From Candidatus Gottesmanbacteria bacterium UBA6580 (GTDB taxonomy: Bacteria; Patescibacteriota; Microgenomatia; UBA10105; UBA927), in the NCBI GenBank assembly GCA_002433895.1, contig DJJA01000006.1, positions 40,630-104,629 on the forward strand: 64,000 nucleotides of DNA, given 5' to 3'. Of the stretch, positions 9,174 to 15,705 are shown piece after piece. The notes under the pieces were generated by a model, which saw only the letters and a list, made by a program, of their open reading frames with translations, did no database searches and was not told where the DNA came from. The position numbers and the translations under genes are program-made. The stretch's first letter is position 1. Each line of letters starts with the position of its first letter.

Positions 9174-10937
9174 ATGCAAAACAATAACGATCATTTGATG
9201 AACCTGCGCCATTCATGCGCGCATTTACTCGCCGCTGCGGTTATGGAGTTGTGGCCGCACGCCAAACGGACAATCGGTCCGGCGATCGAGGATGGATTTT
9301 ATTATGACTTCGATTTTGGTGACACAAAAATCTCGGAGTACGATTTTCCAAAGATTGAAGAAAAAATGAAAGTGCTGGTCAAAGACTGGAAGGAATTCCG
9401 GAGAAAAGAAGTAACGAAGGAGGAAGCGTTGTCCCATAATCAAGGGAACGAATATAAAAAAGAACTTATTGAGGAATTTAGTGCAGATGGCCAACACCTC
9501 ACTATCTATACGTCGGGTAACTATACCGATTTATGCAGGGGAGGGCACTGCCCCCACCCAAACAATGATCTGAAACACTTTAAGCTGCTTTCTGTGGCAG
9601 GCGCGTATTGGCGCGGCAGCGAAAAAAACAAAATGCTTACCCGCATTTACGGCACATGTTTTCCCACCAAAAAAGCACTTGATGATTTCCTTGTCCAACA
9701 GGAAGAAGCGAAAAAACGCGATCACCGCAAACTAGGCGCGGAACTTGATCTGTTTACCTTCTCCGAGCTTGTAGGGAAAGGCTTACCGCTCTGGACACCC
9801 AAAGGAACCACAGTGCGGCGGGAACTGGAACGGTTTGTGGTTGAAGAAGAATTAAAGCGCGGGTATCTCCACGTCATGACGCCGGATCTTGCCCGTCTCG
9901 ATTTATACCGGACCAGCGGTCACTATCCGTATTACAAAGATACGATGTACGCCCCAATCACGATCGATGAAGACGAGTTTATGCTGCGCCCGATGACGTG
10001 TCCGCATCACTTTGAGCTCTACAAGAGTAAGCCCCGAAGCTACAAAGAACTACCCATGCGGCTTGCGGAACTTGCAAAACTCTACCGTTACGAAAAATCC
10101 GGTGAGCTATCCGGCCTTATGCGAGTCCGGAGTTTTTGTCTTGCTGACGCCCATATTATCGCAACCCCGGCGCAGGCGAACGCAGAAATTAACGAGGTAC
10201 TCGATCTTATCGACTTTGCTTCATCCACCTTCGGCCTACAACCCGGAGTAGATTACCGGTACCGGCTGTCGCTCGGCGACCGCGCAAACGAGAAAAAATA
10301 TTTCAAAGATGACGCGTCATGGGACAATGCCGAAGCGGTGCTCCGCGATGTACTTACCAAACGGAAAGCCGCGTATTTTGAAGCACCCGATGAGGCGGCG
10401 TTTTACGGCCCCAAAATCGATGTTCAAATAAAAAACATTCATGGCAAAGAAGAAACCGCATTCACGGTGCAGTACGACTTTGTCATGCCGAAACGCTTTT
10501 CCCTTACCTACACCAACGAGCAGGGCGAGGCAGCTGAACCGATCGTCATCCACCGATCATCGATAGGGGCGATCGAGCGCACGATGGCATTTTTGATAGA
10601 AAAATACGGCGGCGCGTTTCCGTTATGGCTTGCGCCCGTCCAGACCATCGTTATACCCATCGCGGAGCGTCACAACGAGGCAGCTGAGGCTATCGTACAG
10701 CAACTCAAAAAAGCAGGCATCCGGGCAGAAGCAGATACCCGTTCCCAACCGATGCAGGCCAAAGTACGAGATCATACGTTGCAAAAGGTGCCATACTTAG
10801 CTATAATCGGGGATACCGAAATAAACAGTAATACAGTGAGCTTACGTAGCCGACACGGGGAAAATCTCAAGGATATACGCCTTGACGACTTCCTCGCCAG
10901 GCTAGCAAACGAGATTGAGACCAAAGCAAACCCATAA
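9174..10937 (+). CDS. thrS: Threonyl-tRNA synthetase, short form lacking the N-terminal TGS domain
   Basis: 'HRDHRKLG' class II motif and the editing/SAD 'CAHLLAAAVMELWPHA' segment. The SD AAAGGGAGG precedes the ATG at 9174. Confidence 0.9.
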   Translation: MQNNNDHLMNLRHSCAHLLAAAVMELWPHAKRTIGPAIEDGFYYDFDFGDTKISEYDFPKIEEKMKVLVKDWKEFRRKEVTKEEALSHNQGNEYKKELIEEFSADGQHLTIYTSGNYTDLCRGGHCPHPNNDLKHFKLLSVAGAYWRGSEKNKMLTRIYGTCFPTKKALDDFLVQQEEAKKRDHRKLGAELDLFTFSELVGKGLPLWTPKGTTVRRELERFVVEEELKRGYLHVMTPDLARLDLYRTSGHYPYYKDTMYAPITIDEDEFMLRPMTCPHHFELYKSKPRSYKELPMRLAELAKLYRYEKSGELSGLMRVRSFCLADAHIIATPAQANAEINEVLDLIDFASSTFGLQPGVDYRYRLSLGDRANEKKYFKDDASWDNAEAVLRDVLTKRKAAYFEAPDEAAFYGPKIDVQIKNIHGKEETAFTVQYDFVMPKRFSLTYTNEQGEAAEPIVIHRSSIGAIERTMAFLIEKYGGAFPLWLAPVQTIVIPIAERHNEAAEAIVQQLKKAGIRAEADTRSQPMQAKVRDHTLQKVPYLAIIGDTEINSNTVSLRSRHGENLKDIRLDDFLARLANEIETKANP

Positions 10938-11469
10938 GTTTTACAAGATCAATTACCAAATCCTCAGCCCGGAAATCAGGCTGTTGGATGAAAAGGGTGT
11001 GCAGATCGGCATAGTCTCCAAGCTCGAGGCATTACAAAAAGCTAAAGAATTTGGGGTCGATGTCGTAGAGATTGCGCCAAACGCGAAACCGCCGGTAGCT
11101 AAACTTATTGATTACAAAAAGTTTAAATACCAGGAGGCGAGGAAAGAACGCGAATCGAAAAAGAATGTAAAAAATGTTGGGGTCAAAGAAGTCAGATTAC
11201 GGCCGTTTATCGAGCAACATGACTTTGATACCTGGCTTAAAAGAGCGACAGAGTTTATTGAAAAGGGAAATCAGGTTAAAATAAATGTTCTCTTTAAAGG
11301 ACGGGAACTCGGAAGGAAACAGTTTGGGTACGAAGTGTTAAACCGCTTTGTACACTCACTGGAAGGGGTTAAAATTGTACGGGAACCGAGGATGGAAGGA
11401 CGGGTGCTCGCCGCTATGGTCGTCCCGAACAAAAAAGGCGAAGGAAAAGAAGAGGAAATAGCGAGTTAA
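10915..11469 (+). CDS. infC: Translation initiation factor IF-3. The start is uncertain: the ATG at 10915 overlaps thrS by 23 nt, and a non-AUG start (ATC at 10948) is an alternative.
   Basis: 'INYQILSPEIRLLDEKGVQIGIVS...' matches the IF-3 N-domain, and the gene sits in the conserved thrS-infC-rpmI-rplT order. Confidence 0.85.
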   Translation: MRPKQTHKFYKINYQILSPEIRLLDEKGVQIGIVSKLEALQKAKEFGVDVVEIAPNAKPPVAKLIDYKKFKYQEARKERESKKNVKNVGVKEVRLRPFIEQHDFDTWLKRATEFIEKGNQVKINVLFKGRELGRKQFGYEVLNRFVHSLEGVKIVREPRMEGRVLAAMVVPNKKGEGKEEEIAS

Positions 11470-11527
11470 TTGTTAATAACTAATTATTGATAGTTGATAG
11501 TTAATTGTTAATAGTTAATAGTTAATT
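11467..11527. repeat. AT-rich tandem octamer repeats ((T/A)(A/T)GTTAAT, about 6 units) in the infC-rpmI leader
   Basis: The DNA reads 'taattgttaataactaattattgatagttgatagttaattgttaatagttaatagttaattcat' immediately upstream of the rpmI ATG. Confidence 0.8.
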
Positions 11528-11530
11528 CAT

Positions 11531-11728
11531 ATGCCAAAAGTTAAAACCAGAAAAGTAGCAGCAAAACGGTTTAAAGTAACCGGCAAAGGGAAACTCGTTC
11601 ACCGTGTACAGGGAGCGAGGCATCTTCGCCGCAAAAAAAGCAAACGGCAGCAACGGCGTCAAGACCGACAAGTGGAACTGAAAAAGGCTATGGTTAAACA
11701 CGTAACAGCGTACCTGAGAAGGTCATAA
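11531..11728 (+). CDS. rpmI: 50S ribosomal protein L35
   Basis: 'MPKVKTRKVAAKRFKVTGKGKLVHR...'. Confidence 0.95.
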   Translation: MPKVKTRKVAAKRFKVTGKGKLVHRVQGARHLRRKKSKRQQRRQDRQVELKKAMVKHVTAYLRRS

Positions 11729-11740
11729 AAGGAGAAATAT

Positions 11741-12091
11741 ATGAGAGTAAAACGAGGCACAACCAGTAAAGCAAAACATAATAAAATTTTCCGGGCCAAC
11801 AAAGGGTACCGGATGACCAAGCGTAAGCTTATCAAAGTAGCAACCGAAGCATATCTCCATGCAGGGGAATACGCGTTCGCCGGCCGCAAAAACCGGAAGC
11901 GCGACTTCCGCGAACTGTGGATCACCAGAATTTCCGAAGCAAGCAAGCTCCGCAATCTTTCGTATAGTTCACTTGTCCATAAACTCAAGGAAGCACACAT
12001 TGAACTCGACCGGAAAACGCTCGCCAACTTGGTGGTCGAAGATCCGGATGTGTTTGATGCAATCCTCAACGAAGTCAAATCGGTTAATTAA
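11741..12091 (+). CDS. rplT: 50S ribosomal protein L20
   Basis: 'MRVKRGTTSKAKHNKIFRANKGY...'. Confidence 0.95.
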   Translation: MRVKRGTTSKAKHNKIFRANKGYRMTKRKLIKVATEAYLHAGEYAFAGRKNRKRDFRELWITRISEASKLRNLSYSSLVHKLKEAHIELDRKTLANLVVEDPDVFDAILNEVKSVN

Positions 12092-12187
12092 TTTTTATTT
12101 TATGACACACCATACATTCTTTGCGTTCTTTACCTCGCTCCAGCGGGGTTCTTTGGGCGCGTAAGAATAGACAAAAATAACCCAAGG

Positions 12188-12210
12188 ATCCCGCGAAAGC
12201 GGGATTTTTT
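12188..12210 (+). terminator. Rho-independent terminator-like hairpin (atcccgcgaaagcgggat + T6) downstream of rplT
   Basis: A perfect 7-bp GC-rich stem with a GAAA loop, followed by TTTTTT. Confidence 0.7.
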
Positions 12211-12287
12211 GTGGAATGCGATGGTTCACATCCATGAAATAGAAATCCCGCGATAAGACGGTTTTCTATGAAAGGAGGTGAACACGG

Positions 12288-12491
12288 ATGAACATTAAAG
12301 AGCGACTTGAACAGGCCAAAACAAGGAGGGAGCTTTTAGTGATCGGAAGAGCGATACATAAATCTACCGACCCGTCACTCAGGCCATCGTTACAAGACAT
12401 GATCAATGAACGGAAAGTTGTGCTATGGAGCAGTCAGCATAGACGGGCAAGGCAAAACCATGAAAGGACGTTACGGCGGTTACGCCGGTGA
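12288..12491 (+). CDS. Small basic hypothetical protein (67 aa), member of a two-copy family with a conserved 5' leader
   Basis: Strong SD 'atgaaaggaggtga' upstream. The N-terminus 'MNIKERLEQAKT' resembles 'MIQLKEILDGKT' of the ORF at 18488. Confidence 0.5.
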   Translation: MNIKERLEQAKTRRELLVIGRAIHKSTDPSLRPSLQDMINERKVVLWSSQHRRARQNHERTLRRLRR

Positions 12492-12498
12492 CACAAAG

Positions 12499-12548
12499 AG
12501 AAGAGGGGCGGACGATGCTCGTGAAAGCTATACCGCCCGCCCCTCTTC
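12499..12548 (+). promoter_or_regulatory. Perfect 13-bp inverted repeat (agaagaggggcgg / ccgcccctcttct) with a 24-nt loop between the small ORF and pheS. No T-run follows it. Candidate attenuator or protein-binding structure.
   Basis: Direct reading of the sequence. Confidence 0.5.
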
Positions 12549-12583
12549 TTGCGACATTATAAATCAAAACGTACAATAAACAT

Positions 12584-13678
12584 ATGCATATGACGGAAGA
12601 AATTGTATCAGGAAGCAATGTCATCAGCCTACTTCTTCTCGCACAGGAGGAAGCGCTGTCACTCATTAAAGACACCAGCAAAAGTGTTGATGAGCTACGT
12701 ATCCTGCTTATGGGTTCCAAAAGCGACCTCGCGCGGCTCACCAAACAAATCAGCCGGGTGCCTAAAGAGGAACGCCAGCAGGTAGGCGTGATCGTATCGC
12801 AGGTGAAACAATCGATAGAACAGGGCTTAGCGGCAAGGGCAGCATTGCAGCCGGTGAGTGAAGCGGGCAACACGGCATTTCTCGATATTACTATGCCGGG
12901 TGAGCGTCCGCCGCACGGCAACCTTCATCTGGTGACGCAGGCCATCATAGAAATTACCCGGATTTTTGAGCGTATTGGATTTACCCGTGTGCGTCACCCC
13001 GAGGTCGATTGGGATTGGTATCCGTTTGAATCACTGAATATGCCTACCAATCATCCCGCGCGGGACGAGTGGGAAACATTTTTCCTCGACTTTCCCGGCA
13101 AACCGGGTAAGGACCCCCATAAGCAAAAAATAGTTCTCACGCCGCACACCAGCAACGGCCAGGTACGCGAAATGGAAAAAGGGGAGCTACCCATCCGTAT
13201 GATCAATATCGCCAAATGTTACCGGCGGCAAATCGATGTCTCACATACACCTATGTTTCATCAATTTGAAGGACTCTATGTCGACCGGGATGTTTCTATC
13301 GGCAATTTAAAAGGGGTTTTTGATCATTTTGTCAAACAATTTTTCGGCGCTTCACGGGTAACCCGCCTCCGGCCGTTCCATTTCCAATTTACGGAACCTT
13401 CATTTGAGGTGGATATAAACTGCGGTATTTGTCTGGGCACGAGCAAACTTGCGGACGGAAGTACCTGCAAACTTTGTAAAGCCGGCTGGCTCGAGCTAGG
13501 AGGCGCGGGCATGGTACATCCGGTCGTGCTGCGAAACGGTGGCATAGACCCCGATGTCTACTCCGGATTTGCGTTCGGGTGGGGGATAGAGCGCACCAGC
13601 ATGATGAAATCAGGAACGAAGCTGGACGATATCCGCCTCCTGTATAGTAATGATCTGCGGTTTTTACAACAATTTTAA
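12584..13678 (+). CDS. pheS: Phenylalanyl-tRNA synthetase alpha subunit
   Basis: 'FQFTEPSFEVD', 'GWGIERTSMM' and class II motifs. It contains a 4-Cys insertion 'CGICLGTSKLADGSTCKLCKAGW'. Confidence 0.9.
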   Translation: MHMTEEIVSGSNVISLLLLAQEEALSLIKDTSKSVDELRILLMGSKSDLARLTKQISRVPKEERQQVGVIVSQVKQSIEQGLAARAALQPVSEAGNTAFLDITMPGERPPHGNLHLVTQAIIEITRIFERIGFTRVRHPEVDWDWYPFESLNMPTNHPARDEWETFFLDFPGKPGKDPHKQKIVLTPHTSNGQVREMEKGELPIRMINIAKCYRRQIDVSHTPMFHQFEGLYVDRDVSIGNLKGVFDHFVKQFFGASRVTRLRPFHFQFTEPSFEVDINCGICLGTSKLADGSTCKLCKAGWLELGGAGMVHPVVLRNGGIDPDVYSGFAFGWGIERTSMMKSGTKLDDIRLLYSNDLRFLQQF

Positions 13679-13681
13679 ATT

Positions 13682-15685
13682 ATGAATATTTTAATTCCAG
13701 ATATATGGCTCCGGACCTACTTAAAAACAAAGGCAACGCCTTTGGAAATAAAGGAGTACCTGTCGCTATGCGGTCCTTCGATCGAGCGGATTTACGGTGA
13801 AGGAAGTGAGTGCGTCTATGACATAGAAATCACCGGCAACAGACCGGATGCCATGTCAGTTATGGGAGTTGCCCGGGAAGCGGCAACTATTTTACCGAGG
13901 TTTGGCATACCTGCAACCCTCACCGGGGATCCCTACCGGGAAAAAGTGATGTTCCCTCAAGCCAAAAATGATCTCAAACTGACACTTAAAACCGATGCCG
14001 AGCTAAACCCGCGGTGGATGTCACTCATTTTTGACGGCGTCACCGTAAAGACCTCTCCAACGTGGCTGACAAAATATCTGGAGCTTGCGGGCATGCGGAG
14101 TTTGAACAATATCGTCGACATTACGAATTTTCTGATGCGCGCATACGGTCAACCGGCGCATGTGTTTGATTATGATGCGATAGAGGGTCACAAAATGACG
14201 CTGCGGGCGTCAAAAAAGGGAGAGAAACTCCAAACGCTTGATGGCAAGACACACCGCTTGCCGGGCGATGATATCGTCATTGAAGATAAGAACGGTAAGC
14301 TCATTGATTTGTGCGGCATTATGGGGGGAGAAAATTCATCCGTCACCGAACACACGAAACGCGTCATATTGTTTCTTCAGACATACAGCCCAACGCATAT
14401 CCGGAAAACCTCTATGGCATTAGGCCACCGGACAGAAGCCGCCGCGTTGTTTGAAAAAGGTCTGGATACGGAACTCGTTAAACCGGTGTTTCATAAAGGC
14501 ATGGAACTGATGATAGAGCTTACCGGCGGAAAACCGGCAAGCGCGCTCATCGATCTGTACCCCAAACCATACAAGGCAGTGACCGTGTCCGTACAGTTAT
14601 CAAAAATCCACTCGTATATCGGTCATATTTCATTGAAAGAAATAAAAGAAACACTAGCCGCCCTCGGCTTCCGCGTACAAAGCACCAATAAAGCCATCAC
14701 CGTGGTCGTACCAAGTTTCCGGCGTGACGTAACGATAGATGTTGATGTCATCGAAGAAATCGCCCGCGTGTATGGGTATCAAAATATTCCATCCCGCTTG
14801 CCGGAGCACGCGCCACCCACCACCTTACCCGACCCCATACTTTCATGGGAGGAAAGCGTCAAAGTACGTCTCAGAGACTGGGGCTACACCGAGCTTATTA
14901 CCTATTCCATGGTGTCAAAGGAGCTTATGGTGGCCTTCGGTAGTGATCTTGAAAAAACGTACAAAATTGCTAACCCGCTGTCTTCTGAATGGGAGTATAT
15001 GCGGCCTGACCTATTTATGAGCATGGTACCGGTACTCCGGGAGAACCTCAAATTAACGAAATCTTTACGGGTGTTTGAACTCAGCATGGTATACCGGTTC
15101 CGGCCTAACGACCTGCCCGAAGAAATACCCACCCTTACCGTCGTATGGAGCGGCAACCGGTTTTTGGAAGCCAAGGGGCTCGCGGAAACGATATTTTCAC
15201 TCTTTGGCATACCATTCCCGCTTGACCTGACAAACGAGGCAGGACAGCCGCTTGACTGGTATAGCCATCACCGCCTGTCACTTTCGGAATACGGCTCATT
15301 CGGCACCCTTGACTACCGGATGCTGCAGCAAAACGGCATCACCACACCGCTTACCCGGCTGGTACTCGACTTTGGAAAACTGGTGGCACGGGCAAACACC
15401 AGAAATACGTATGCGCCGGTTCCGAAATATCCACCGATCATGGAGGATCTCTCGTTTATCGTGCCCGATGAATTTTATGTCAGTCCGCTTATGGCAGCAC
15501 TGCGGGCGGCACACCCGCTTGTTTTTGACGTGACCCTTCTGGATGTGCATGAAAACACGAGGACATTCCACATCACGTACCAGGATGAAAAAAGAAATCT
15601 GACCAATGCGGATATCGCGCCGGTCCGCACGAAGCTCATTTCGCTTGCAGAATCCAAATTCGGATTGTCGCTCAAGTCCCGCTAA
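13682..15685 (+). CDS. pheT: Phenylalanyl-tRNA synthetase beta subunit (short form, 667 aa)
   Basis: The gene follows pheS with a 3-nt gap, and the length and overall pattern are consistent with a shortened PheT lacking the N-terminal tRNA-binding domain; no individual PheT motif was checked by eye. Confidence 0.8.
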   Translation: MNILIPDIWLRTYLKTKATPLEIKEYLSLCGPSIERIYGEGSECVYDIEITGNRPDAMSVMGVAREAATILPRFGIPATLTGDPYREKVMFPQAKNDLKLTLKTDAELNPRWMSLIFDGVTVKTSPTWLTKYLELAGMRSLNNIVDITNFLMRAYGQPAHVFDYDAIEGHKMTLRASKKGEKLQTLDGKTHRLPGDDIVIEDKNGKLIDLCGIMGGENSSVTEHTKRVILFLQTYSPTHIRKTSMALGHRTEAAALFEKGLDTELVKPVFHKGMELMIELTGGKPASALIDLYPKPYKAVTVSVQLSKIHSYIGHISLKEIKETLAALGFRVQSTNKAITVVVPSFRRDVTIDVDVIEEIARVYGYQNIPSRLPEHAPPTTLPDPILSWEESVKVRLRDWGYTELITYSMVSKELMVAFGSDLEKTYKIANPLSSEWEYMRPDLFMSMVPVLRENLKLTKSLRVFELSMVYRFRPNDLPEEIPTLTVVWSGNRFLEAKGLAETIFSLFGIPFPLDLTNEAGQPLDWYSHHRLSLSEYGSFGTLDYRMLQQNGITTPLTRLVLDFGKLVARANTRNTYAPVPKYPPIMEDLSFIVPDEFYVSPLMAALRAAHPLVFDVTLLDVHENTRTFHITYQDEKRNLTNADIAPVRTKLISLAESKFGLSLKSR

Positions 15686-15705
15686 TTATTCTCTCTTTAC
15701 GGTTG

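Noticed and set aside
12288-12491. Whether the 67-aa ORF is a pheST leader peptide (pheM-like attenuator)
   Set aside because: It contains no Phe codons and is far longer than known Phe leader peptides.
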